A DNA stretch of 64,000 nucleotides, from contig JBCCHT010000008.1 in assembly GCA_039028615.1 (NCBI GenBank), forward strand, positions 96,001 to 160,000. The letters run 5' to 3'. Within the stretch, counting starts at the first letter, position 1, and each line of letters begins with the position of its first letter. The position numbers and the translations under genes are program-made. This DNA is from Myxococcota bacterium (lineage in GTDB: Bacteria; Myxococcota_A; Polyangia; Nannocystales; Nannocystaceae). The notes beneath the pieces were generated by a model, which was not told the DNA's origin, did not search any database, and was given only the letters and a program-made list of their open reading frames with translations. Below, piece by piece: positions 17,119 through 26,969 of this stretch.

Positions 17119-17820
17119 TCAGCCGAACACGTCGCGGCACACGTCGGCGAGGCGACTGGTCGGGAACTCGGCCTGCGTGTGGCCGTAGCCCGACATCACC
17201 GTCAACGATGCCTGGGGGAAGGTGCGCAGCGCGGTCACCGAAAGCTCCACGGGCACGTTGGCGTCCGCGTCACCGTGGACCAGGCGCACCGGGATCTTCA
17301 CCCCCTGCATCTGGGTCGCCAAAATCGGCGGGTTCGTGCCCATGTCCACCGTCAGCCCGATCACGTCCTCGAGCACGTCCTTCCACGGGCGCCCGGTCTG
17401 GCGCTGCTTCAGCGCGGTGACCATGGCCGGGAGCTTCTGCTCGATGGTCGAGGGATCGAGCGGCGCGATCTCGTCGGAGGCGATCTGTGGGTCGTAGATC
17501 CAGCGCGTGGCCAGGGTGCACAGGCGTGCGACTCGATCGGCGTGGTGGATGGCCAGGTAGCCCCCGATCATCCCGCCGAGGCTGTAGCCGAAGATGTTGC
17601 CCGCCTCGATCCCGTTGGCGTCCATGACGTCGAGCACGTCCTTGGCGAAGCCGGGAAAGTTGAAGGCGCCGTCGCGCTTGGGCCTCGCGCCGTATCCGTT
17701 GAGGTCGAAGGTCAGGCAGTCGAAGTCATCGGCCAGCGCGTCCGCCAGCGGCTGCATGGTCTGGGCATTGCTGAGCCCGCCGTGCACGAGCACGAGCTTG
17801 GATTTCGCCTTGGTGTTCAT
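17119..17820 (-). CDS. Alpha/beta-fold hydrolase
   Basis: LVHGG, FDLNGYG, GYSLGG nucleophile elbow, VHGDADANV, GYGH. ATGA overlap with the upstream gene. Confidence 0.9.
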   Translation of the reverse strand: MNTKAKSKLVLVHGGLSNAQTMQPLADALADDFDCLTFDLNGYGARPKRDGAFNFPGFAKDVLDVMDANGIEAGNIFGYSLGGMIGGYLAIHHADRVARLCTLATRWIYDPQIASDEIAPLDPSTIEQKLPAMVTALKQRQTGRPWKDVLEDVIGLTVDMGTNPPILATQMQGVKIPVRLVHGDADANVPVELSVTALRTFPQASLTVMSGYGHTQAEFPTSRLADVCRDVFG

Positions 17821-18623
17821 GTCGCGTCCCCTTGGGTCATCGCCCCGAATCGGAAGAGTTTGAGCGCCGTGCCGCCCAGCACCCACTGGCGCTGCTGCTC
17901 GTCGAGCCCCGGGTACTCGGCCACGCCCTTCAGCACGTTGTGGTAGCCCTCGCGGCCGCTGCTCACGGGAGAGTCGCTGCCCCACACCATGCGCTCCGCC
18001 CCGAACGCGTCCCGGGCCATCTCGATGTACGGCGGAGGCGTGGGCGGCTCGTAGTGCTCACCGAGGGTCGCGGGCCGAGCCGCGATCTCCCCCAGCCCAC
18101 CGACCTTGATGTACGTGTTCGGGTACTCGGCGAGCTTCATCGCCTGCTTGAAGTCGTCGTAGGGCGGCGTGCCCGTCTGCCCGATCCCCGCGAGGTGCTC
18201 GATGAACACGGGCGCCTTGGGGACCGCCTTCACGCCCTCGGCGAAGGCCGGATCGAGGAAGTCCTTCAGCTGCCCCACGCAGCTGATGACCAGCCCCAGC
18301 GATTCGGCCTTTCGCCACATCGCGAGCGGGTCGTCGCCCGCCATCCGAGCCGTAGCCACGAAGCGCACCCCCACCGCCCCCTGCCCCGCGAGCTGCTCGA
18401 GCGTGTCGGGGGCCTTGTCGTCGGTGAGATCGACCATCACCACCGCACGAAGTCGATCGGGATGTCGGCGTGCGCACTCGAGGATGTAGTCGTTGTAGTA
18501 CATCCCGAGGAACTGATGCAGCACCGCATGCTGCACCCCGCTGCCGTCCATATGGTTGAGCAGGACCTCGACCGGTTCGAACCAGCTTTGTCCCGCATGG
18601 CAATGCATGTCGACCACCACCAT
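17817..18623 (-). CDS. Amidohydrolase_2-family metallohydrolase (lactonase-like)
   Basis: VDMHCH, IEHLA, PNTYIKVGG, FGAERMVWGSDSP, GGTALKLF. Confidence 0.9.
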   Translation of the reverse strand: MVVVDMHCHAGQSWFEPVEVLLNHMDGSGVQHAVLHQFLGMYYNDYILECARRHPDRLRAVVMVDLTDDKAPDTLEQLAGQGAVGVRFVATARMAGDDPLAMWRKAESLGLVISCVGQLKDFLDPAFAEGVKAVPKAPVFIEHLAGIGQTGTPPYDDFKQAMKLAEYPNTYIKVGGLGEIAARPATLGEHYEPPTPPPYIEMARDAFGAERMVWGSDSPVSSGREGYHNVLKGVAEYPGLDEQQRQWVLGGTALKLFRFGAMTQGDAT

Positions 18624-18807
18624 CGTGCGTTCACCTTAGATCGACGCGCGGTTCGAATGTGCACACGACCCAAATTGAACACTTCACTCGATTGTGGCGA
18701 TGAACAACGAACCGAAGGAACGAACGTAGTTTGCTCGAATTCGGTGAAATCAGACGAAAGAGACGCTCTTCGGCGACGTCCCCTACCGTCACGCGAGGGA
18801 GCCTCAC

Positions 18808-20220
18808 ATGACCGCCGCACCGTCGTACTCGTACCAATGCCCCAAGGAATTCATGGCCCTGTTCCTCGACTTCACGGGACGTGCCCCCAGCGGGTACCCG
18901 GGAGGGACCTTGAGCAAGCCGATCGGCAGCATGCTGACGCAGATCATCTCGGGTTCGGAGACCGAGACCGTGCTGATCGTGGGCACCAACTCTCATGTCG
19001 TGGCCTACGACGCCAAGCCCGATGCGCAGGACGGACACGCCCGCCGCCTGCTCACCGACTACCGCACGAGCATCTACAACGGCTTCTACGAGATCACCGC
19101 GATCTCGCATATCGGCCCCGCGCTCATGTACCTGTCGCAGATCAAGGCCAAGCAACCCGACACCTCGCTCGCCACCGAGATTTCCGCCCTGCACGACCAC
19201 ATCACCGCCGCCCAAGCGCTGAACGACAAGCCCCTCGACGACCAGCACTGGCTGATGCAGCTCAATGCCTCGCTGAAGGCGGCGGGGGACCCCGTGACCT
19301 GGCAGGGTAAGGACTCGGCCGGGGTCGACATCCCCACCCAGATCCGCGACCTCGTGCGCTACGGCTGTGCGCTCGCGCTGGCCTATATCGCGTGGGTCCA
19401 GGAAGACGAGTCGCGCCTCGCCGACATGGACTCGCTCAACTCTCGCTTCCTCAAGGCCACCGACACCACCGCCAACATCGGCTACGACAGCGTGATGGTG
19501 GGGACCTTCGTGCTCGACGGTCTGGCCTCGACCGTCGCGGTGAGCGAGGCACTGTCCGTGCTGTCCGCGGACGACTGGACGCACGCCAAGATCGTGCTGC
19601 AGAACCTCCCGGGGGCGACCGATGCCAGCGGGCTCAACCGCGGCAACCTCTCGGCTGGCCTCAACCCCTACACCAACTGGTTCCACCCGCTCTTCGTGGC
19701 GCTTGCGGGCAAAGCCGGGGCCGATCCGACGACGGTCGCTTCGCGGATCGTCATCGCCCCCTACGCCACGCTGATGAACGACACGCCCGACACCTTGAGC
19801 AAGGATCTGTGGGCCTACTACTCGGGGGCGGCGTGGGGGCAGCTTTACTACTCGGGGCTGGTCGCGGCCGCCTCGATGCCCGACGCGGTCATGTCGATGG
19901 CGTTCCCCGACAGCTACACGGTGACCAAGCAGGGCGTGGCCACCATCGACGACCTGTCGTCCAAAGATCCCACGCTCGTCACCGGGGCCGACGCCCACTG
20001 GCCGGGGGACTACTTCGCCGATTCGCCTCCGCACTACGGCGGCACCGTCGATGCGTTCATGGCCCGCATGAAGCACTCGTTTTCCCAGTCGACCGAGATG
20101 CTCTCCAACGCGGTGGCCTACTGGGCCGGCCCCGCCTACGTCGCCAACGGTGGGGTCGATGGCCTGTACCTGCCGGGCCTGACCGGAATCGACTACGCCA
20201 ACGCCAGCCTGCCCTCGTAG
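18808..20220 (+). CDS. Hypothetical protein, DUF5624-like
   Basis: 470-aa ORF with GGGAG SD. EFMALFLDFTG and GFYEITAISHIGPAL resemble DUF5624 proteins (from memory). Confidence 0.55.
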   Translation: MTAAPSYSYQCPKEFMALFLDFTGRAPSGYPGGTLSKPIGSMLTQIISGSETETVLIVGTNSHVVAYDAKPDAQDGHARRLLTDYRTSIYNGFYEITAISHIGPALMYLSQIKAKQPDTSLATEISALHDHITAAQALNDKPLDDQHWLMQLNASLKAAGDPVTWQGKDSAGVDIPTQIRDLVRYGCALALAYIAWVQEDESRLADMDSLNSRFLKATDTTANIGYDSVMVGTFVLDGLASTVAVSEALSVLSADDWTHAKIVLQNLPGATDASGLNRGNLSAGLNPYTNWFHPLFVALAGKAGADPTTVASRIVIAPYATLMNDTPDTLSKDLWAYYSGAAWGQLYYSGLVAAASMPDAVMSMAFPDSYTVTKQGVATIDDLSSKDPTLVTGADAHWPGDYFADSPPHYGGTVDAFMARMKHSFSQSTEMLSNAVAYWAGPAYVANGGVDGLYLPGLTGIDYANASLPS

Positions 20221-20223
20221 CGC

Positions 20224-20961
20224 TCAGCTCTCGGCCGGAGGCTCGATGAACCCGAGCAGGGCGCCAAAAGGATCCGAGACGATGGCGAGCCGACCAATGC
20301 CCTCGATGGTGGTCGGCTCGCTGACCATCGTCGCGCCGCGTTGCCGGGCCCGGTCCACCGCCGCGTCGCAGTCCCCGAGCCTGACGTAGGGCAACCATTG
20401 CGGCGGCAGCGTAGCCTCGGGTGAAGTCATCACTCCGCCTTGCCCCCCGCGTGCGTTCTTCAGCACGTAGTAGGCCCCCGACGGCATCTGCATGGGCTGG
20501 ACCTCGAAGCCGAAGGCTCGCTGATAGAAGGGCAGCACCTGCTCCGCGTCGCGGGCCCATAGCTCGTTCCAGTGAAAATCGGTGCTGCCACCCTGCTCGT
20601 CGAGCCCACGAAAGAGGTTGAAGCGCGCCCCCTGGGGATCGGCGACGAGGGCAAAGCGTCCCACGCCCGAGATGTCGACCGGCCCGAGCAAGACTCGCCC
20701 GCCCGCGGCTTCGACCCCGGCTGCCCGCGCATCGACGTCGTCGACCCACAAGTACGAGCTCCAGTGGCCGGGCCCTTCGTCGCGCGGAGACACGATTCCT
20801 GCCTGCGGTGCTCCGCTCGCCTCGAGCATGGGATAGCCCACCCCACCGACGTCGATCCGGGTCGCCGTCCACCCCAGGGTCTGCGTATGGAAGGTCCGGG
20901 CGGCCTCGGGCTCGGCGCAAACCAACTCGAACCAGGTGAAGGTGCCGTGCAAGCTGCTCAT
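20224..20961 (-). CDS. Two-domain VOC/glyoxalase family protein
   Basis: GTFTWFEL...GRFALVADPQGARF and FHWNEL...GRLAIVSDPFGA. Confidence 0.92.
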   Translation of the reverse strand: MSSLHGTFTWFELVCAEPEAARTFHTQTLGWTATRIDVGGVGYPMLEASGAPQAGIVSPRDEGPGHWSSYLWVDDVDARAAGVEAAGGRVLLGPVDISGVGRFALVADPQGARFNLFRGLDEQGGSTDFHWNELWARDAEQVLPFYQRAFGFEVQPMQMPSGAYYVLKNARGGQGGVMTSPEATLPPQWLPYVRLGDCDAAVDRARQRGATMVSEPTTIEGIGRLAIVSDPFGALLGFIEPPAES

Positions 20962-21095
20962 CGTCCTCGCCTTCACGACGGATGAGTCGAGCCGTTATCG
21001 ACATCGTGCTCGTTTTTTTTCAATCGGTCCCTTTGGCGAGTCGCCGTGGCGCAACGCTGTAAGTCGGGCGGTGTGAACGGCATTGGCACCAGCAA

Positions 21096-21851
21096 ATGCA
21101 CCGTGGATTCGTTCCCCCGCGTATTCCTTTCCTCTTTGTGCTCGCCCTGCCCCTGGTCACCGGGTGCCCCGACGACTCGCCACCACCCGCGGGAAGCGGG
21201 GAAGGTTCGACTTCGGCCGCAGGCGGCACCACTGGCCTCTCCGAGTCCCCGCAGACGACCGCCGGGTCGAGCAGTTCCGGGAATGCAGAGGGCAGCGGCA
21301 CCACGCAAGCAACCCTCGACGGTGGCAGCTCGGACGACACCACGGGCACACCTGGCACGATCTGCGAATCGACCTGCGAAAACTTGGCGAAGTGCAAGGA
21401 CGCCCCGTTCGCAGGGTGTGTGTTGGAGTGTGAGGAGTACTTCGAGCAAATCGCCGGGTTCGAGGACTGCGAGCAGGCGGCGTTGGACCTGTACGCGTGC
21501 TTCGGACAGGCCGAATGCGACGAGATCTACGGCGGGTGCCAACCGGAAATCGACGCGGAGTTTCTCGCCTGCGAAGAAGGCCTCGGCTGCACACAGTTCG
21601 TGAGCGGAGCCAACGACGGCAGCAACTGCCTCATCGAGCAGACCTGCGGCGACGGTCTCGAGCGATACCTCGAGTGCGAGGCGGGCACCTGCACCTGCTT
21701 CGACCAAGGGATGGACGTCGGCACCTGCCCGCAACAAGAGCTTTGCCTCGACCTCGCCGACGCGCAGTTCCCCGAGAGCCAGGCGCTGGTCGACGACTTC
21801 TTGATGGAGTGTTGTGGCTGGAAGCCACCCGTAGCCCCGATCGACCAGTGA
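21096..21851 (+). CDS. Cys-rich lipoprotein with Ser/Thr/Gly stalk
   Basis: Lipobox VTGC, about 20 Cys in the C-terminal part. Confidence 0.75.
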   Translation: MHRGFVPPRIPFLFVLALPLVTGCPDDSPPPAGSGEGSTSAAGGTTGLSESPQTTAGSSSSGNAEGSGTTQATLDGGSSDDTTGTPGTICESTCENLAKCKDAPFAGCVLECEEYFEQIAGFEDCEQAALDLYACFGQAECDEIYGGCQPEIDAEFLACEEGLGCTQFVSGANDGSNCLIEQTCGDGLERYLECEAGTCTCFDQGMDVGTCPQQELCLDLADAQFPESQALVDDFLMECCGWKPPVAPIDQ

Positions 21852-22158
21852 GACCCGGCTCCAGGTGTGCTCGGCCTCTCGTTCGCGCAGCGCGCGGCTT
21901 GCCGAGCCACCGCCCTGCCCCTAAGCTTCAGTTCGTCGGAGCCGCGGGGCGCCTGTGTTACCGCCCGACTCGTTTTCTCGACTCTCACGGTTTTTCGCAC
22001 GAGCCCACGCTTGTCGGACGCGACCATGAACGGTTGGACTTCGAGTCGGCGCACGCCCACCTCGCGTGGTGCGCACGGCCGACACTGCCTGCCTCTGCAT
22101 CCCCGATGCAGCCCTCGCGACCGCTGAGCGCTCGTGCGTTGGCCTACGAAGCCTCCGC

Positions 22159-22944
22159 ATGAATTCACGAGCGCCTCTTTCCCTTCTCGCCCTCCTGTCT
22201 CTCGCCGCCTGTCGCATCGACGCGGGCAACGTCGAGCCCACCAGCGGCAGCGCCGATAGCGGTACCGCGGGCACCACCGACGACGCCGCGACGGATGCCA
22301 CCGAACCCCCGGGCCCCGGCTCCAGCGAGGGCGGCGTCCAGACCTCCGACGGCAGCACCAGCACCGACCCCGACTCGGGCAGCAGCGGCGAGCCGCCTCC
22401 CGCCCCGCTCGAGTGCGAGGGCTACGACGAAGCCGACTACCCCGAAGAACCGGTCACGTTCACCATCGAGGGCGATCGGGCGATCATGGCCGGCTTCGTC
22501 GATGGCTCCACCCCCGGCCGCGTGCAGGACCTGCTCAGCGACCACCCCAACGTCCACACCATCATCATGCCCTTCGTGCCGGGCTCCGCCGACGACGAGT
22601 CCAACCTCGAGGCGGCGCTGGCGATCCACGCCGCGGGCCTGGACACCTGCGTTCCGAGCACGGGCCTCATCGCCTCGGGCGGCGTCGACTTCTTCCTCGC
22701 GGGAGCCCGGCGCTCGGCGGCCGAAGGGGCCCTGCTCGGCGTACATTCGTGGGCGGATGGCAACGGGACCGAGGGCGGCGACCTGCCCATGGACCACCCG
22801 GATCACCAGTTCTTCCTCGACTACTACGAGGAGATCGAGATCCCGGCCGAGTTCTACTGGTTCACGCTCGAAGCAGCTCCGGCCGCCGACATCCACTGGA
22901 TGACGGCGAAGGAGATGGCGACCTACTCCGTGCTCACGAAGTAG
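22159..22944 (+). CDS. Lipoprotein with ClpP/crotonase-like (COG3904-like) domain
   Basis: Lipobox LAAC. PGSADDESNL, IASGGVDFFLAG, GVHSW, IHWMT. Confidence 0.7.
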   Translation: MNSRAPLSLLALLSLAACRIDAGNVEPTSGSADSGTAGTTDDAATDATEPPGPGSSEGGVQTSDGSTSTDPDSGSSGEPPPAPLECEGYDEADYPEEPVTFTIEGDRAIMAGFVDGSTPGRVQDLLSDHPNVHTIIMPFVPGSADDESNLEAALAIHAAGLDTCVPSTGLIASGGVDFFLAGARRSAAEGALLGVHSWADGNGTEGGDLPMDHPDHQFFLDYYEEIEIPAEFYWFTLEAAPAADIHWMTAKEMATYSVLTK

Positions 22945-24199
22945 CGCCCGAGCCATTCGCCCCGCCGGCCGGCGGCGTCTCGTCGTCGCTGGCTGCCGAC
23001 TTGCTCGGGCCCTTCGTCGCCACGAAGGTTCCAGAGCTCACGGTCATCAGCGAGAGCATGGTCGCGCTGAACTCGGGCATCGCCAGCTCGGTGTAGGTCG
23101 TCCAGATGAACACACCGCCCAGGATGATCGTCCAGGCGAACATCTGGATGCGGCCGAGGCTCGGACCGTTCGCGTCGTAGAGGATGTCGTGAAAGAAGCC
23201 GCGGGTCACGTCGCGTAGCCGGGGCACGGCCGCGAGCTTGCGACGCACGCGTTCGAGTTCGCCTTCCTTGATCGCCCGACTCACCCCCACCGCGGACGAG
23301 CTCCCGTCGGTGTTCTCCGTGGTGGTGAGCGCGGCGATCTCGGTCTCGAGGTTGGCTTGCGCTTTCCCGAGATCGTCTCGGTCGCGATTTCTGGCATCCC
23401 GGCGGCTGTTGTCGAGCAAGTTCGACCCGAGGCTGGTGCCGGAGCTGACGGCCAACACCGCCAGGATTTTCTCGTTCAACGAGTTGTACTCGCCGAGCAT
23501 GGTCCACAAGAACACATAGGCCACGCTGACGATGTACAGCCAAAAAGCCATTTGGAAGCGGGAGAGACTATAGGGTCGCCGCTTCTGTGGGTCCTGAGAC
23601 GAACGCCCGTCGTTCCCGGGCTCCGCTGGATCGGCCGGGTCCAGCAACAAGCCGGTCTTTTTGATCGCGTACGCGAACAGCCCGGTGATGAAGACCCAGA
23701 ACGCGAGGAAGAGGAACCACTCGGTGCGGGGCAAGATCACCAGATCGAGCCTGACCCCCAGCAGTACGACTTCGCTCTTGCCGGTACCGAGCCCGACCGA
23801 GACGTTCCGCGATCGCGACGTCGGGCTACCCAGCAGCCCTTGCCACTGTTTCGCGTCGTTCTCGCCCCGCTCGAGCCTGAAATTGACGAGGCCGGTCTCC
23901 CGGTTGCACGACAGCGGCTTCACCCCAGACAACGGGAAGTGCTCGAGGACCAGCACGATCTTGCTGCAGTCGTCGTCGGCCCCGACGAGCGCCTTGCCGA
24001 GCGCCGTCTTCGCTCGAATCGAGACCACATCGCCCATCTTGGCCGCCTTCGGCGAGATTTGTTCCGTGGGCTCTTCGTCCGAGGGCGCATCGGCCGGCTC
24101 GGCGAATGCCGTGGTGCTCGGCCACCCGAGGGTGACCGCGGCCAGGACGATCAGCCAACCGAGGAGCATGCGGGGACGATGAAGCTTCGAGCGCGCCAT
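22934..24199 (-). CDS. Exported/membrane protein with duplicated TM hairpin motif
   Basis: Signal peptide. SLSRFQMAFW and SLGRIQMFAW repeats separated by a coiled-coil. Confidence 0.75.
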   Translation of the reverse strand: MARSKLHRPRMLLGWLIVLAAVTLGWPSTTAFAEPADAPSDEEPTEQISPKAAKMGDVVSIRAKTALGKALVGADDDCSKIVLVLEHFPLSGVKPLSCNRETGLVNFRLERGENDAKQWQGLLGSPTSRSRNVSVGLGTGKSEVVLLGVRLDLVILPRTEWFLFLAFWVFITGLFAYAIKKTGLLLDPADPAEPGNDGRSSQDPQKRRPYSLSRFQMAFWLYIVSVAYVFLWTMLGEYNSLNEKILAVLAVSSGTSLGSNLLDNSRRDARNRDRDDLGKAQANLETEIAALTTTENTDGSSSAVGVSRAIKEGELERVRRKLAAVPRLRDVTRGFFHDILYDANGPSLGRIQMFAWTIILGGVFIWTTYTELAMPEFSATMLSLMTVSSGTFVATKGPSKSAASDDETPPAGGANGSGATS

Positions 24200-24391
24200 A
24201 CCAGAGCCGACGCGATGCACGATCGCGTCGACACGAGCATACGCCGATCGCCGATGAACCAACTACACGCCGCGCGGCTTCGATCGCGCCAATTCGAGTC
24301 CAAACGAGCGCTCCACCGGCTGCTTTCGCGCCTGCCTGCCGACTCCGTTCCGTAACGGGGCAACGCCCCGCTCATCGAGACCGTCGATGCT

Positions 24392-25027
24392 TCAGCGTCG
24401 CGCGCCCGGACCGAAGCGCTGCAGCAAGTCGCGCAGGATCCCCTCGGCCCAGCGCAGGCGAACGGCCTCGATCTCCGGGCTCTGCTGCACGGCCACGGTG
24501 ACCGCCTCCGAGTCGAACATGTGAAGCAGTGACAGCACGGTGGTGCCCACCTCCAGGCGGTCGGCCTCGGCGACATCGAACATCTGGTTCACGACGTCGA
24601 TGATCGAGGTCTCCAAGCGGAGCACTGCCCCTTCGGCCGCGACCCCGAGATCGGGGTGCGTGCGCGCGGCGGCGATGACCTCTCGCCACGCGGCCTGCAG
24701 CTCGGAGCGACTCAGCGCCCGCATCAAGGCCACGATGCGACCGAGCTGCCCGTCGATGTTGTCGGGGGAGACGCTCAGGGCGAACTGCCGAAAGGTGTCC
24801 ACGTTGCGCTGGCCGATGACGTCGACGGTCGCGACCAACAGCTCGATGCGGGTGTCGAAGTGCCGAAACAAGGCACCTTGGCTGAGGCCGGCGCGATCGC
24901 AGATCGCCTTGACCCCCGCCCCCGCGTAGCCGGACTCGGCCAGCACGTCGATGCAGGCGTTGATGAGGCGCTCGATGGTCGCGGCGCGGCGCTGCGCCTG
25001 CGTGCGTCGAGGAGTGGCGACGGGCAT
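24392..25027 (-). CDS. TetR/AcrR family transcriptional regulator
   Basis: RRTQAQRRAAT...ICDRAGLSQGALFRHF HTH. Confidence 0.93.
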   Translation of the reverse strand: MPVATPRRTQAQRRAATIERLINACIDVLAESGYAGAGVKAICDRAGLSQGALFRHFDTRIELLVATVDVIGQRNVDTFRQFALSVSPDNIDGQLGRIVALMRALSRSELQAAWREVIAAARTHPDLGVAAEGAVLRLETSIIDVVNQMFDVAEADRLEVGTTVLSLLHMFDSEAVTVAVQQSPEIEAVRLRWAEGILRDLLQRFGPGARR

Positions 25028-25032
25028 GGGGC

Positions 25033-26832
25033 TCAGACCGCCTGACGCAGAGAGGAGCCGACGCGGCTTCGGGTGGCGCGGGCGGGGATCTTCTCTCCGC
25101 GGCGCAGGAACTGGCCGTAGGCCCGCTCGCGACCCAAGCCGGGCACGTGGTGCCCCTCGGTGTAGATCAGCTCGCCGCCGACCAGGGTGGCCGTGACCGC
25201 GGCGTCGTTGCGCCGCACCATGCGACGCAGGCCGCCGTACACGTCGACGGGGGCCTCGTGATAGTCGTCGAGCGAGTCGTCCAGCCCGGCGGGATTGATG
25301 ATCGCGAGGTCGGCCCGATCGCCCACGCGGATGTGCCCGGCATCGATGCCGAGCCAGTCGCCGATCTCCCCCGTGACGCGGTGCACCGCCTGCCCCATGG
25401 GCAGCAGGGGCTTGCCGGCTTGCTCCGCCCGCAACATGGTGCGCAGGAAGTAGAGCGGGAAGTTGTAAAACGCCATGTTGCGCAGGTGCGCCCCCGAGTC
25501 GGCGAAGCCCACCTGAACCGCGGGGTGCGTGATGATGTCGTTGAGCGTGTCGGGCCGATGATTGGCGATGGTGGTCTTCCACCGCAGCGCCCGGCCGTGC
25601 TCCATCACCAGATCGAGGAAGGTGTCGACGGGATGCTCGCCGCGAGCATCGGCCAGCTCACCGAAGGACTTGCCCGCCAGCGCCGGATCGGGGGCGGACA
25701 CGATCTCGGCGTCGTGGAAGTCGCGCTGCCACACCCGGGGGCCAAAGCGCTTGTCGTAGTCCTTGCGGAAGCGGCGACGATACGCGGGATCGCGGAACAG
25801 GGTGTTGCGCTCGACCTGGTCGACCAGGTGCAGGGCCTCCTCGCCCGCCCCGAACTCCTCGAAGATCACCAGGTCGATGCCGTCGGCGTAGACCTCGAAG
25901 GGCATGGGCACGCTCTGCCAGCGTAGGTCGCCGCCGAAGAGCCGATTGAAGACCCCCGTCCCGCCGAGCACCGTGGCCGAGAGCATGGGGTTGGCCTTGG
26001 TGTCGGCCACCGTGATCAACGTGGACTTGAGCGGCTTACGGAAGCCGAAGCCTGCGCTCTCGATGAGGTAGAGGATCGCGTTGACCTTGGTGGTGATGTT
26101 GGGCGCCGACTGCAAGATGGCCTCGCGGCGCCGCAAGATCCGATGCAGGCGTCGATACTCGCCCCAGGTCGCGAAGGTGGAGGGCAAGGGCCGCGAGCGC
26201 ACCCGGTCGCCGCCGATCTTGTCCCAGGGGTTGGTCATGCACGACAGGCCCAAGAAGCCCGCGTCCAAGGCCTGCTCGAGCGCGCTCTCCATGGCCGCGA
26301 GCTGCTCACGAGTGGGGCGCACGCTCTTTTCGGTGGCCGCCTCGAGCCCCATCACCGCGGTGCGTAGATCGGAGTGGCCGATGAAGGCCATGACGTTGGG
26401 GCCGAGCGCGAGGGCGTCGAGACGCTGCGCGTAGTCGGCCGCGGTGTTCCACGCCTTGTCGGCCAAGGCCTCGAGCACGTGCTCGCGCGGGACCGCTTCG
26501 ACGCGAGAGAACAGATCGGCACAGTCCTCGGTCGACGAGTAGATGGTGCTCAGCGAGCACGACCCCACGCAGACGGTCGTGACCCCGTGCCGCACCGACT
26601 CCCCCAGCCCGGGCGCGAGCAACAGCTCGGCATCGTAGTGGGTGTGGTTGTCGATAAAGCCGGGCATCACCCAGCGCTCGGACGCGTCGATGACCGTGCC
26701 GGCCGACGAACGATCGAGCTGTGGCGCGACCTCGACGACATGCCCATCGACGATGCCGACGTCCGCTTGCCGCGGCTCGGCCCCGGTGCCATCGAAGTAG
26801 GTTCCCGAGTGAATGACGACGTCGTAGCTCAT
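25033..26832 (-). CDS. N-acyl-D-amino-acid deacylase family amidohydrolase
   Basis: YFDGTG, MPGFIDNHTHYD, HGVTTVCVGSCS, DSGAH, GDRADL. Confidence 0.88.
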   Translation of the reverse strand: MSYDVVIHSGTYFDGTGAEPRQADVGIVDGHVVEVAPQLDRSSAGTVIDASERWVMPGFIDNHTHYDAELLLAPGLGESVRHGVTTVCVGSCSLSTIYSSTEDCADLFSRVEAVPREHVLEALADKAWNTAADYAQRLDALALGPNVMAFIGHSDLRTAVMGLEAATEKSVRPTREQLAAMESALEQALDAGFLGLSCMTNPWDKIGGDRVRSRPLPSTFATWGEYRRLHRILRRREAILQSAPNITTKVNAILYLIESAGFGFRKPLKSTLITVADTKANPMLSATVLGGTGVFNRLFGGDLRWQSVPMPFEVYADGIDLVIFEEFGAGEEALHLVDQVERNTLFRDPAYRRRFRKDYDKRFGPRVWQRDFHDAEIVSAPDPALAGKSFGELADARGEHPVDTFLDLVMEHGRALRWKTTIANHRPDTLNDIITHPAVQVGFADSGAHLRNMAFYNFPLYFLRTMLRAEQAGKPLLPMGQAVHRVTGEIGDWLGIDAGHIRVGDRADLAIINPAGLDDSLDDYHEAPVDVYGGLRRMVRRNDAAVTATLVGGELIYTEGHHVPGLGRERAYGQFLRRGEKIPARATRSRVGSSLRQAV

Positions 26833-26850
26833 CGATCGCGACCTCGAAAG

Positions 26851-26876
26851 AAAGATAGCAATCACTCTCTATCTTT
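26851..26876. promoter_or_regulatory. Palindromic operator, probably bound by the TetR protein of this operon
   Basis: AAAGATAG-N10-CTATCTTT, AT-rich, 18 nt upstream of the deacylase ATG. Confidence 0.6.
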
Positions 26877-26969
26877 TCAAACCAACGCTCAATGAGCGAC
26901 CAGCGACGAATAACAACGTTTTAGACCCCGTCAGCCGGAGCCCGGCGCCGTCCACGTAAAGTGGTCTGT

